From positions 10,116,698 to 10,180,697 of the forward strand of contig OZ037765.1 in the NCBI GenBank assembly GCA_964035545.1: a stretch of 64,000 nucleotides of DNA, read 5' to 3'. A model generated the notes under the pieces. The model was not told where the DNA came from, ran no database searches, and worked only from the letters and a program-made list of their open reading frames with translations. The stretch is from Bugula neritina. Lineage: Eukaryota > Animalia > Bryozoa. The position numbers were made by a program, and so were the translations under genes. This document shows positions 29,001 to 42,499 of the stretch, in pieces; positions within the stretch are counted from its first letter, which is position 1; each line of letters starts with the position of its first letter.

Positions 29001-32000
29001 TTAATAAGTTCAGTTGAATTATTGCTAAACAACTTAACATCAAACTGCTACAATGTAAAAAGAATTGCTTGTATATCAATCTCATCCGTCATAGTTGTAA
29101 TGATTGTGTCTTCCTTGTGTAGTGTTGATGACTGTGAGGCTATTTGGCAAAAATCCTTTTGCAAAGAAAGCAGTTGGGCTCTGATATGACTAGTTAAGAA
29201 CCATTTTGTCCGAGCTTCTTCATGGTTGCTAATGCCAATAATGCCTCCAGATGTTTTACTGTCTCGGTTCAAAGTTTGCTGGAGCCATACCTGCAATTTT
29301 TTTTCCTGTCCTGTTTATGGTGAATGAACCCTTTGCAAACATTCCATAAACTTCTGGAGCAGATTCAGGCAAATTTAGCATATCAATAAGGTATATAGGC
29401 AGCCACCTTGAGTAGTTTGTGCAATCATACGCAAAAAATACTGGTAGCATTGCCTGCATACTGTCCAAATATAATTGCCAGTTGCCACTACGCTCAGCTC
29501 GAATAAATCCCAACATGGCTTCTACTGCATGAAGGTAGGAATTCCAGAACATTGAAAGGTTAGATTTTAATTTAGTATCAGAATCAAACTTTTTTATAGC
29601 AGTAGCAACTTTTTCTGCAACAGTGGTCCATTCACGCAAGTTATCATCAATAGAAATACGTATTATGAGACTCTAATGGGTCAGACTGATCATTTTCTTG
29701 AAGCCATTCCGAAAGAGATTTTAGTTTCTGCCTTGATATTGCCTCATACAAAATCTTGTGTGCCTGTACACCTCTGTTATAATGCTTACCGCATAGCACC
29801 TGTTTCACTGTAGCTTCAGAATATATATCACTGTGTACAAGAACTTGGGCGAGGCCGCTTGATTTTACCATTTTGCCAAGTGCTGCCATGTAATTCATCA
29901 AGATATGAAAACTGCCCACTCGAATTATTGTGTTTGAAAATTCAGTTGGTTTGTTCCATTGAATCTCTTTGGCAATCTTGTAGATAGCTTGGTCAAATGT
30001 AATTACTGAATGTTTCTGATTTAAAACTTTCATAGTTTTCTTTAGCTGCAGAAGGATTGTATAAATTGTTGATGGATCTGTTGATGGTGCATTAATCATT
30101 GGGCAATACCCAATGACTGATCTTTTATTATCTTCTGTGGCAACCAAATTTCTTACATTAAAGCTACTCCAGCTGGGGCAGTTATGTGTAGAAGGACTTA
30201 TATCCAATTGAAATAGTTTGATTGGGGCAAGTCTTGCCAATAGCCATGCTGTAGTTAGATTACATGAATCCTCAAGAGACTTTTTCATATTCAGCAATGT
30301 CTCTTGACTAAGTTTTGTGATAAAATATGATTTTGAGAGCAACGCAGATGTGATTTTAAGAGCATGTAAATGCAAAAAAGCCGGCTGTAAGAGTAAAGCA
30401 TGCAAATGTAAGCGCCTGATGATGAAATGCTGTGGTTGTTTGTGAATGTTTCGATTGCAACAACAAAAGTGGCCAGTCTTCTTTTTCAAACAAAGAGCCT
30501 GATTATGATGATGATGGCAACAAACACAGTTCTGATGAAGAATTATAATATATTTAATTTGGTATATAAACGCTAGAGATAACAAAACTTTGTAATAAAG
30601 CTTGATCTATTGTAAATTAAAATTTTAAATACTATCTTATTTATAAATAAATACAATTACAAATGTCTACCAATATCTGATATAAAAGAGCATAGTAATT
30701 GCTTGTGATGCTGAAATCATAATATTACTTTTTTATGAACCATATTTTATGTTACTATACTTATGGATAAAAAAATCGAATATTAGTGGTCTGTTAATTA
30801 TTGCTGACACTCAATTTATACAGTAAATATTGAATATTAATACTTAATAGTATTGATCGTAATAAATTATTCAAAATAAGTCAATAAGCTAATATAAATA
30901 CACTAAGAATACATTTTTATCATGCTGATGTTGTTCCTATCAACAAAGAGCAATATTATTGGGTAGAAATGCAATAATTTATAACGGAGGAGATAACTCC
31001 CGTTTTATGTTTTTTATTTGTCATGGTTGGGAAAGATGTTATATAGTTCAGAATGTAATGAAAACCGGAGAGCATTATTAGAACACAATAGAGTATTTCC
31101 ATACCAAAAATCAACATTCTAAATGCTAGAACAGAAAAGTAGCAGTTTAGAGAATATCCGGTATATGCAAAAAAGTAGTTTGTCATATTATAGGCTCCGC
31201 CCACTTTTTTTGTTTTTGGTCAAAACTTTTGTTAGAGAAAGTTTCATATGTGTACAACATTCCTTGAAAATATTTTTAATGTCAAACTTAAACTACTCAG
31301 AAAATTAAATATTTAGAGTTCCATAGTCGCCCCTTGAAAAATGCTGAACCCCTGTATATCCACCCCTCTCACGAGAGAACCCCCCCAGATACAAAAAAGG
31401 TACTTGCAGATCTGAGATCAGTAGAATGTTGGCTTTGCAGTGATATATAGCAACAAAGGTTAGTATTGATGTGCTCCACCCGCCCATTTTTGCATGTTGG
31501 CACCCCCACTAATAGACAGAGTCATACAATAAAACTCCCTCTAATGATTTAATTGAGACTATGAAACAAGCGTTTCAATGTTGCTACGTAACAATACAGC
31601 CACATTTTAGTCACATGGTGAACTTACCGTAACAATCACTGGCTCATTATTAAAGTTGGCTCGATTCTCGTAAACTGTGGCATTATAAATATGACTGTCA
31701 AACTTTGGCCTTTGAGGAAACTCATTAGTAAAGCTAAGGACCAGCTGAGATGTAGTGGATTTGCCTCCCCCATCAGTAACTATGAGCTCTACTTGATATG
31801 TAGCATCCATGTCATCTCTGGGGTGGGACGTCAGATATACTGTGCCTGACTCTTTATCTATGCGAACTCTGTTTAACAAATACTTTTTAAATATAAACTG
31901 ATTGAAGATTTCAAAGTATCAATTGTCTATGGTGAGATAATTCATAGGCGAAAGCATAGTTTATTTACAAATAGAATTGTTGTATGCAGAAAGGCACAGA

Positions 32001-35000
32001 TATTAAAGAAAAAGGTAACATGTTTCTTGTACTTTTATATAGTAATAAGACTTACAAGTTGGACGTCTGAATGATAGAGTAAGTCACACTTCCATATGAG
32101 CCACTATCTCTATCGGTTGCCTAAAATTCACCGTTTTAGATACTAATTAACGGCAGCAAAAAACATTATTTCTACAAAAGAGTTGACTAATATCTACAAT
32201 AGAGTAGTATGACAAGTGACTCTAAATCTTGTTTGAAGTTTAATTGCTTTTGCTCGTTACCCGACAAATAAAAATGTAGGTAATTACTATTATGGTCAGT
32301 GATATCACTATAATATGCAAAACAGTGCAACATTTAACCTCAAACACACAGCACAACATGTAGATTCATATACTGCACGCAATGTTATATAGTCTATAGA
32401 GTTTATACTATGCATTATTATGTATATACAGACATTATCACATGTTGAATGTTACATACATTAACAGTGATGATGGGTGAGTCAAGTGGGGTCTGTGGTG
32501 ATACTCTAACTGTATATACACCTTCATCAAAGTGAGGGAAATTGTCATTCTTGTCAATTAAATTGATCTCTATTGTAGCATTTCTAGTTAGTCGCTCATC
32601 CCCAGCTCTATCAGTTGCAGTAATCTGAGAATAGAGATCAAGTTGCATGCATACCTGTTCTTTAAAACATGAGATTTGTATAAGTCATGCAATAGTAATG
32701 CAACAGGATAGCAGCAATTAAGTGGAAATTCATAGTCCTACCTTAAACGTATAGCAACTATTTGACAGAGTATACAAAATGCACTTACAGTAAGCGAGAG
32801 TTGTCTGTACATTTCTTTCTCGTAGTCAATATTGGCTTCCTTTTTCACAGACAGCGAGAGCACCGCGCTGCCCGTACCAAATGTTGGTGTGAGCTGGAAG
32901 GTGTCGCTGCCAAACCCACTCATGCCAACATCAAATGCATTGTTTGGCTGCAATAGTTGCACACAACTATAAGAAGATCTAAATATGAGCTACTATAAGT
33001 TTTTTGATATGCAATAAAAGAACACAACTTCTAAATGAAGCAAAATGATTTTCTACTCACAAGTGGTGCAGATGTACAACATTTCTGGTGAATTTTTTTT
33101 AATATTACAGCACTTAAGAATGCATAACACTATGAAGACAAAAATAGCTTAAACACATGCACATGTATGACATTACATTATTCGCTTATTTAGCAAGCAC
33201 AACATACAGGTAAATCAATGTCTATGATGGATAAGAGAAAGCCGGGTAGGTTGGTGTTGACTCCAAGCCCTTCCACTACATTGAGGACAAGAGGCTCCAC
33301 CACCCTCATTTCATACTCTGAATCAGTATAGAACTCTGGTGCATTATCGTTGATGTCAAAGATTTGTACGTTAATGTGAGAAGTAGATATAGCAGACGGA
33401 TCAGGCTGTCCATTAGCCAACAGTTCCGACACCTGCAATATGATATGCATATACATTTTTTTTATTCTATTTGCTAGATTTGGTTACTACTTGTTACATT
33501 TAGTCACTGTTTGCTACATTTAGGTACTACTTGCGTTTTTTAGTTTATATACGTGTTTCAGCTGCATATAATAGTGCTTTAAATCTTTGAAGATGGCATG
33601 AATTTATGCCAAAATATTAGTTGACATACCTTTTGTAAAAAAGTCAGTTTTTAAAATATAAATCATAATTTTCAGAGTGCTTCCAGTAAAAAAAGAACCT
33701 ATCCATATTGATATAGTTCCATAAAAAATATGACTAATTTGCACTAACAAGGCTTTAAAGCAGCTGCAGTTGTTTAAATGTATATAATATGTTTAATGTG
33801 TTATGCTTTCAAATGTGTAAAAAATGCCATTTTTAAACATCTTTATATGATGAGATTTATGATTTTTAAATCTTTTCAAAAATCTGCCAAATGGAGACTT
33901 GGATAGAATTTGCGCTGAACTTACTTCAATAGCAACTGTGTAGACTGGCCTGTTGTGATACAATTCTCTATCAATCCTATTCTTTATGGTAAGATTACTT
34001 GTGAAGACTCCACTCTGGTTCCTCAAGGGTGTTAAACTCAGCCAATTCAAACTATCTATTAATATTGTAAAACTTGGTCATTGCAAAATGTTGAATCTAA
34101 TATATTTCCAGAAATGTTGTACAATATGAAGTAATGTCAAAACTTCAATTACTTTAATATACAGGAGAACATTGCCATTTGGTGCTACAATATGTATTTA
34201 AACAGAGTCATCTCACCATGCTATACTAATAGTGTAACTGTAATAGGCAAGTCAGTTAGTCTAAAATCTGACAGAATGTAAAGGTTTTCTAGTACTTTAA
34301 TAAATTGTAAATTGAGTTCTGCTTTTCATAAACATATAACCCCCAAAAACTGACCTAAAATCAACCCATTATTATTAAATTTAGCGCTGATAGTTTTAAT
34401 TTTGCGAGAAGTTTCTACATTATTTTTGTCAAATCAGTATAATTTTAGTAACTTTTCACATATGCAAGATATCATAAGATATATTAGTAGAAGGAATAGC
34501 AGTACCAACCGTTGAGCAGTCTGAGCTGTAAATTCCGAGGCGGTTGAACCTCCTTGTCTCCGTCCCTCACTGATATCACGTCTATGACTGTACCCTATGT
34601 TTCAAATGATAACACTAAACAGCCGCCTTATTAGACAATGAATTTACTTTACAATATGTTATAAATAACATCTTAATCTAATAATAGAGCACGTGGAGTT
34701 ACGAAGAGTTGTGTATTTTTATTTGTTAGAGATTGCAATAAAGCTACTACACCAATAAAGTTTTTAGTTCAATAAATTCTAGATCAACCATCCAGAAATA
34801 GTTTCAAATTGGAGAGCTTGAAAAAGCCCAAAATATAACTATCTATAATAGCAAGATACTGTCATGTGACTAAAACTCATTATGCAGTTTATTATTATAA
34901 AATTTCAGCTAGTTTTTATCATATTTAGTTTCTTTTCAACATCTTAAATAACACTGAGACAGCTTAGTGAAGCAAAACTGTGTAATAAAATTTTTCAAAC

Positions 35001-38000
35001 ATTACAAAATTCTTAGAAATTGAAACAACTTTGAGTAATTCTTTTAATTAGGTCTTCTCAGAGAGCTTTAAGTCACCATCAATTCTAAATTTTGTCTTTA
35101 TTTAAAATTATAATTTTTAAATAACTTTTATGCAAATTGATCAAAAATACTATCTAAAATTTTTTTCTCCAAGGAAACAAAAAATATGTGATTAAGCTTT
35201 ATAGGCGAATAAAGAGACAGAAGAACAACTAACCACAGGAAGCTCTTCATCTGGAATGGGAGAGTACGGAGCCTTGATAAACACTGGACTCTGGTCTTGA
35301 GAATCCAGCACGTTTATTACAAAGTTCTTTGTGGTAAAGTTTGCTGGTGGAGCAATATTCGTTGCTTTGACTGTCATTATGTAACTTCGACGTTCTTCAA
35401 AGTCCAACAACTTCTTTAGTTTGATATCAGTGACATAGTGACCATTGCCAACCCGTCGTGGCACGACTTCAAATGTCTCACAGGCTATCTTAGACTAAAA
35501 TATTCAAAGTAGTAGAATTACAGACTTACACAATATATGCTGTGAGATAGAGAAGATGGGAAGTATCTTCATTAAACTACTCTTACTGAAATAAAATCTA
35601 TCTGGGTTTAAACATAGCCTGCCTAGCAAAATTTATTACAGACAATATCAGGCTTTCTTTCAATCAACAGCAGCCCTTGAAAATTAATTTTATTAAAGCA
35701 TATAACATCTTCAATAACCACATAACTCAACTAGTTTACTTATATAACTGCTAGATTTATTGTATACAAAATCATAAATGAACAAAAAGCTATGAAATGT
35801 ACTGTAATGATTGAGAGTATGTAAATATATCATTTCTTTTTTAAAAAATATCTTCCGAAATACCTTTCAATAACTTACACACTGCAAGTTGCTACAAGAA
35901 ACAGGTTAATAGATGCAAATATGTGCTACGAACAACACAAAAACGTGATGCATTGTTGAAGATATTAAACATTTGAGTGCAACAAGAATTAAAATTAGAT
36001 CAAACTGTTAAAAAACTTTCAAAAGTTAGCTAACTAATTAGTAATGGTAAGGTGCCTAATTGATTTAGAATTTAATATAATATTTGTAAGCTCAATAAAA
36101 GATAGATAAACATTTTCAATTACCACACAGTTGACTGATTAAATAGCTTTAAGCTCTTATACTTACATCTTCATCAATCAGCTTATATCAACACAAAAGA
36201 ATATTTATGAGAATCGAGAACATTGTAAGCAGTTCAATGATAAGACTATTTTATAAAAGGAACAGCGATTTACTGAACAAATTCTACCAGCAAGTTTACA
36301 CAACAGAGCTTTTACCTCAGGAGTAATGGAATCAACATAACACGATATTTCAGTCTGTGCATTGAGACCCGTGTCCTCATCTGTCACAACAAAGGCATCA
36401 GCTATCTTGTAGTCAACACTCACATCCTGAAAACATATAACTGTACACTTTCTCGCACTGTATGGTGACATCATACAGCATATGTTAACTTGATATTCAG
36501 TATTACAGCTTCAGACTAAAGTATCATGGTAATACATTAGGATACTTTCCATGACAAGGGATGAATGACTAAACATGCTATGACTCACCTCGGCCACCAC
36601 AAACGAGCTGCTACCTCCTTGACTAAAGACTGGGGCGTTGTCATTCAGGTCTTTTACTATTACAGATATCTGTTTTGGAGTCTGGAATAAAGATGAAAGC
36701 AGCTGCTGACAGTAAAGATAGTCATCCAAGGCTAACGATTTGGTGATACCATTTTGATGACAAAAAACCAAGCAAACGATTTTGATGTTGTGAGTTACAC
36801 GTAGAAGCAACTAGTATAAGTTTTCCCAGTATTCTTATTGCTAATTTTACCAAGTCACAACTCACCCTGCTGTTGCTGATGGTGTCTGTAGCAGTGACTG
36901 TAAACTCAAGGTTAGAGTTTTGCTCATAGTCTATGCCTCTAGTTGATCGGACAATAACAGAGGTTGCATTAACTGCAGCTATATCAAAGTAGTCATTGAT
37001 GTCTATAGAAAACTCTATAGGATCTCCATCAGGATCAGTAGCGTGTAAAGTGGTCAGTACTTCGTCTGCGAATAGACAACAACATAACTCAGCTGAGTAC
37101 AACTCTTGGTGGCCCTTTGTGATGAAATTAATAAATTTACAGACTACTAAATTTATTAACAGTTTTTACTTTTAAGGAAACTATCACAGCTTTATTTATT
37201 GAGTATATTTTTGTAGTATGCATGTTATTGTATAGTTAAAGAAAAAACATCAATATTTGAATATAATATATTCATTTATCATGTGACACCCTGTGCTGTG
37301 ACACTTTGTGCTGTGACACCTTACACTGTGACACTTTATGCTGTGACTTTATGACTTCAGATTACAACTAAACCTGCACGCAAGTGTCACTGAGACAACT
37401 ATCACACAGCCTCTCAGAAAAGACAATATCTTGTCACACACATTATTATGGCATAACTGTAAGCAATTTCAAATTCACAAGTGATAGAATTCAAGTGCAA
37501 AGTTTCACGTTAAATCAACAGTTTCATATTTCAAAAATAACAAGTTCTAACACAACCAGTCTAAGTAACAGCCAGAATGTATTGTAAATGGTTATTCAAC
37601 CAAATAAAGTTATATGTTAATTTGAATGGAGGCCTCTGCTTGTTACATTTGAATGCAGTGTTTGCTCAGCCTACTCACCAGTACATGCAGTAAATGCATC
37701 TTAAGAACAAGTTGAATAAACTAGCTACACAGTAAGACAAGTAGTAGATACATAAACTAGGTACTACTTATAGCGGCTCTCAATATAGGTCCTCTTACTG
37801 AGTAAACATCACATGTATGCTAGTATGAGTAAAGCATATTTGGTGTGCAGAAATTTCTGTTCACAATCATATTACAGCAACAAGTATAACTATTAAAATG
37901 GCTCTAAAACATCTAAAATTAAAAATATGAACAGGCAAAATAATAACAAAGTTCTATTGCTTAATGTGACTCATATTATGGGTTATTAAAACTTACGAAT

Positions 38001-38412
38001 TTCATTCTCGTTCACGGCAAACGAGGATGGACTAGGGCTAAATATAGGAGGTCTATTTGTTTGCTGACCATAACAGGCTAAAAATAACAAAACGTTGTAA
38101 GCATACAAAACCAAGGAAAAAATAACTAATTATAAGAGATAAACCTTTTTGATAATATTTATCACCAAATTGCTAAATGAAATAAAGTTCAACACATTCC
38201 AATTATACACTTTCTGTATCATAGCAACATCACACAGCGAGTAGGCCTTGTTAACTCAATGGTATGGTAACCGCATTAGTAATACATCTACATTGGAGAT
38301 ATAACACTAACAGTTCTCACAGCAACGACATATGCAGTTTAATACACATAACTTGGTTACCTGAGATTAGGATTATATGAAGGAGCACCAGTTTTATAAT
38401 CATATCACTCAT
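14097..38412 (-). CDS. Non-classical cadherin A (Cad87A/CDH23-like): signal peptide, about 14 EC repeats, membrane-adjacent domain, TM; cytoplasmic exons unresolved. 35 exons: 38361-38412, 37997-38077, 36866-37065, 36589-36681, 36316-36426, 35234-35494, 34510-34594, 33925-34055, 33208-33432, 32789-32947, 32460-32624, 32056-32120, 31628-31868, 25616-25819, 25064-25136, 24163-24344, 23393-23519, 23154-23302, 22939-23077, 22550-22771, 21842-22002, 21613-21756, 21221-21337, 20783-20948, 20408-20634, 19926-20108, 18859-18960, 18402-18528, 17555-17794, 17127-17317, 16730-16831, 15754-15842, 15498-15590, 14863-15010, 14097-14233
   Basis: Signal peptide MSDMIIKLVLLHIILISACYG, mature start QQTNRPPIF, repeated DxNDNxPxF, ATDxD and LDYE/IDRE cadherin motifs, TM WIWWLIIASSIVLFIDAVILIICLLYLY. 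The listed exons join in frame with canonical GT/AG sites. Confidence 0.9.
14318..14465 (+). mobile_element. tRNA-derived SINE (tRNA-Thr(AGT)-like head), intronic and antisense to cadherin A
   Basis: Pol III A box TGGTCTAGGGG (14325-14335), B box GGTTCGATCCC (14369-14379) and anticodon-loop-like TTAGTAA. Acceptor and anticodon stems pair poorly, and a non-tRNA body follows (aggaagagcatccagtcataattgctcc). 3' boundary approximate. Confidence 0.7.
15846..16100. repeat. Compound TATAGTA/TATAGGTA tandem repeat with a short inverted end segment
   Basis: Directly visible (tatagtataggtatatagta...), switching to the complementary pattern (tatactatatacctatac) after about 16056. Confidence 0.9.
23561..23904. 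mobile_element. 344-bp MITE, PIF/Harbinger (Tourist-like)
   Basis: 71-bp TIRs (23561-23631 and 23834-23904, 2 mismatches) flanked by TTA on both sides (23558-23560, 23905-23907). Non-coding and intronic. Confidence 0.88.
26341..31511 (-). mobile_element. Non-autonomous Academ (AcademX-type) DNA transposon derivative with 1,192-bp inverted arms
   Basis: Termini TAGTGGGGG...CCCCCACTA and ATA direct repeats at 26338-26340 and 31512-31514. Arms 26341-27532 and 30320-31511 are reverse complements: mirror ORFs translate identically and coordinate sums are constant at 57852. The interior encodes transposase, XPG-like nuclease and Cys-rich finger fragments. Confidence 0.85.
27304..30319 (-). pseudogene. 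5'-truncated, multiply frameshifted Academ transposase / XPG-like nuclease / Cys-rich zinc finger
   Basis: Colinear fragments in shifting frames: VITFDQAIYKIA...RVGSFHILMNY...GKHYNRG; FIRAERSGNWQLY...FFAYDCTNYSRW; QTLNRDSKTSGGIIG; HDEADTRLILHA...RSVDTDVA (about 28170-28070); LHALTGCDSVS (about 27920-27885); LPPSRNYLEHHVKRANYQ...CKCKKAGCKSKACKC. The superfamily assignment rests on recalled AcademX domain order, termini and TSD length. Confidence 0.8.
37283..37350. repeat. 15-bp minisatellite (tgtgacacyytrtgc)-like, about 4 copies
   Basis: tgtgacaccctgtgc tgtgacactttgtgc tgtgacaccttacac tgtgacactttatgc tgtgac. Confidence 0.8.
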
Positions 38413-41400
38413 CTTGAGCACCGCAGTAATTAATCATTCAATGTAGCTGCAACAAAAGTAACCCTTCAAATTAATTATTACACAAAAAAGAAGTCAAATT
38501 AATATTATACTAACATTATATATGAATTAAAAAGTATCCTGGCAACTGAACAACTGTGCATCTTGTGGACTAAGCGGATGTAAATAAATGTCTAAAGTTT
38601 AAGTGAGTAGAGCATTAAGGAGTAGTCAGGGTAAAACAATATTGATTCATTGTACAAGGCATGACAAATGATGGAATAATTACTCTTTTAATCACCACAC
38701 AAAGACTCTAAGCAAATACATTACAGGTTTTAACACAAGCTAACCACTGCCCCCAAACAACAGACTGATAGTACTTACCTTGAAAGTATCAACAAGAACT
38801 TTCTGATCTTTTATTTTTTATAGTTTTGAACAGCAAAAGGAGAAATTATAGCAACAATAATCTCATATTCCAGGCACACCATAAATGTTCATGCAGCTTT
38901 ATTATGGTTATGAAGTTACTATCTGTAAACAGGGACAAGATTACCACAAATATGGTTGTATGTCATGACTTCAAAATCATATAAATACATGACATTTAAG
39001 TATAGTCTAATGTTGTAATAAGTGATTCAACTGGATAAATTGAAATCTGCAGCAGCTACCCTGGTGATTGAAAAATTCTGTTGCATGAGATTTGGGCTAA
39101 GCTTGTCTCAAACAAGACAAGCTTAAAACTTGCCTGCTTTTACGATCAACTTCACATCTTCAACTCTACCATCCCAATAGAAAAAGAAAAATTTGATTGT
39201 CTATGCTCTAAACAGTTTGACAGAAAAAATTAAACTATAAAAGTTCTATAGAAGTACAACATAACTACAACTGAAATGATGTGCATATTTATAATAGACT
39301 TTAACTCCTAATATGATTATTATAAAACGTTAAATACAATGAGGCAAGTATCACAAGCCCAATTTATTAGACACAAAAATGATACTTGTGAAAACTATCA
39401 TATAAACTTTATGAGCAGCAACCATAAATGCATATAAATTAGCAAACTATGAAAAACTGAACACAGAAAAAATTATATTAACTGCTTTAACGGAGGTATT
39501 TATTGAACCTAAATTGTTCTAAATACAATAAACAAGCAGTTGATTATTCTTACAAGGCTACAGAGGTAAGCTTATAGTCAAATTTCATTTGTTTTACTTT
39601 GACTTTGCTAATAAAATTAAATAGTAAAACATTCTACCTAATCATTCCTATAAACTTATAGTCATGATTGCAACAAGATTTGTATTTTTAGAATGCCGTT
39701 TACTAAAAGTCTCAGCAGATATAATGAATAACAAAGCTGTAAACTAAAGTGTCAAATTAAAATTTTCAGGCAATTAGAAGCATTGTGTTTGTTTCCTGTT
39801 AAAAAATGTAAGTTGTAAAAGTTTAAAGCTATTGTAGAATTATAACTGTCAGCCTAAATGTTATAATGAAATATTCACAGCATTTCAAATTATAATGTTG
39901 CATCCCTATCCTAGATAAATGCACATCCATTACTATACCTAGATACATATTAATCAGGACTGCTAAATTAAGACATATAAGCTAGTTTCAAGTTAGAGAA
40001 CTAGCAGTCTGAATTTGTAAGCCATGTGTCTGTATTCTCTGAGAGGGTTAAAACTAGAAGAAACCCAAATATTATATCAATATGCAATAATGCTTATAGA
40101 AATATGCTAGTAAATATCAAATAAATAATTTAAATTCATAAACAGTAAATTAAAATTGACCAAAAGAGCAAGTAGTTTTAACATTTTGATACCAGCCTAA
40201 ATTTGAATATACATTAACATTATATTTGAATAAGGAATAATCATAGCAGCGACTTTTTTCCATTATCAAATACAATAAACCTTTTAATTAGCTTTTATTA
40301 TCAAGCAAATTTAGTATGATATTGATACATAAACAACATCATTATAATAATTGTAATAGAAAAAGAGCAAGCACTTTTCATCGACCCACAGTCACTGTTA
40401 AGGAATCGATTCGAATCAGAAACTTCTTGCAATTTTAGTATAAGTCACATATAAGTATAGTAATAATATTTTGGGTAGGAGTTTTAGATCTATATGTAAA
40501 TATTTACATTAGTGATTAGTCTCCAGGTTACTAAATTTAATTCATAATAATTATAAATCATTATTTATTAGACTTAATCTAATCATATTGATATTATTAT
40601 TAAATTTCATTATGATTATGACTTCTGCTTTTAAAATTTTCTCAATTTTCAGATGTTGCATTACTTACCATAATTGAGAAGTGTAAGTTTAGATCTATTG
40701 CTTGTTCAAAAATATAGAAGATTAAAAACTAAACGGCTCAATTTGAGACAAGTTTTTCCTAAACAGGTAAAACTAAGAGACTACATTACATAGCTTGGTT
40801 GTAGCAGGCAATATGTCGCTTGCGCCATGTGTATGTAGTAGAAACGCATGTGCTTAACCCTTAACCTGTGACCTAATCTTAAAACGGCATTCTAATTAGA
40901 AAAAAGAAATTATAAAAAAGCGTTTTTATAAGAGAAATAATTATTTACAACATATATTTTAAAATTGTATTTTGTCACTGTTTATAATTTTAAAAATAAA
41001 TTTGAAATTAATTTGTTTAAGCAATACTTTAAACTTTTTTAAGGACTATATGGGCGGAACCAATTATCAAACTGCAAAACCACGTGCAGGTGACTTCCAG
41101 CAAAATCTGCACTGCGTTGGGGTATTCAGTTGCTAACTGTATTCCAACTAATGTTTTATCAATGCTCAAACAAATAGTTCATATATACTACTTAATGGTG
41201 AGTATTACAGATGATTTATTTTGCAGTTTTATTGTGATTGCTCTGATAAACATTGACACTGACAACCTTACTCATAGTCACAGTTATATCAATAAATATC
41301 ATTATATTTATATGTAGTCATACTCATACTGATACTCATAGTCATACTGATATTCAATCTTTATGTTCATATTATTATTACTATTACTATTAGTATTACT

Positions 41401-42499
41401 ATTACTATTAGGTGTAAATTATATCTATAAATAAATTAATATCATTATAATTATGTAAGTCACAGTAAATGTAGCTCTTAAACTAATTTCACTTCTTTTT
41501 CTGATTTCAATTTGTGTTACAAAAAAGTTTGACTACAATGTCTACGTTTGGTGTTAAATTACTGTTAGGCTGGCATATTCAAAATTTTTATAATAGCATT
41601 TAGCTGTTTAATTTTAATGTTTATTAAACATTTATTATAATTATTATACCAAGCATGATTTTATTGTTAATGTACTATAAGTATGCAATGTGTACACTGC
41701 ATAACACAATAGTTTTTGCAGGAGTTAATATTGCTACAAGTGCATGTCACAGTCATGCATAGCTATGACAGATATTTTCAGTTGTAACATAAAGATTTTT
41801 TTCTACACTAAAGTTACTCAAAGTTTTAAAGGTACTTTTTGTGTCTGAGGCAGGGCTTTAAATTTAAATGTATTTCTTAATTTGCATACTCAGGGTTTGC
41901 CAACTTACTACTGGGCTTGTCTTAAATCTAAGGCCAAGCCATTTATTTTATGTTTTTTAGAAAACCAACAATTGTAGATTATTAATATTACTCAACTTAT
42001 GGACAAAGAACCTTGCTATAAAGAATAAAAATAGAAGTTTTTTTTGTAGAGAAATCTACTGATAATTATTAATAAAGACAAACATAAATTCTTTCTATTC
42101 ATCAAAAGTATAGACTGACTTAAATGATAAAGAAGCAAAACTAAATAATTGTTGCAATAATTTATGTACCTAATTCATCAAATGCTTCAACAGTGGTTTG
42201 AAGATTTATATTTTATACTCACATGTAAATTATAGGCCAAACCGCTCGATAAAATGTCAACTATATACTTATTATAAATTATGCACAGTGAGAGTGGACA
42301 GAGCAAAAAGTTTTTTGCTGTGCATAGCCTAAAGCTTGAATTGAATAGCCTAAAATAAAATGTTGTATGCTTCGGGTTAAATCAGACTGATTTTAGTAAG
42401 TGATGCATCAGGTCTGGTGCTTGCTGTGTGATTTTGTTTATTCATGATTAAAGGTTTACTTCTAGTCATAAAGACTGAAAACTGTATCAACAAGCAACA

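Noticed and set aside
29647-30585. 312-aa ORF as an intact gene
   Set aside because: It starts at a TTG, and its first ~88 codons are the antisense reading of the duplicated arm fused by chance to the broken transposase.
26341-31511. CACTA/EnSpm or Tc1/mariner assignment for the large element
   Set aside because: The element starts TAGTG and ends CACTA, the reverse of CACTA-family polarity. A TA-flanked reading is formally possible, but the encoded transposase + XPG-like + Cys-finger order and the 3-bp ATA flanks fit Academ better.
37283-37350. CRISPR-like reading of short repeats (also 60898-60967)
   Set aside because: Head-to-tail repeats without unique spacers, in a eukaryotic intron or exon, with no cas genes.
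40854-41100. piggyBac-like TTAACCCT end and GC-box/CCAAT/E-box cluster as the bidirectional promoter
   Set aside because: No matching downstream terminus was found, and short motifs alone cannot locate a promoter; tgggcggaac also occurs near 9168, suggesting a repeat fragment.
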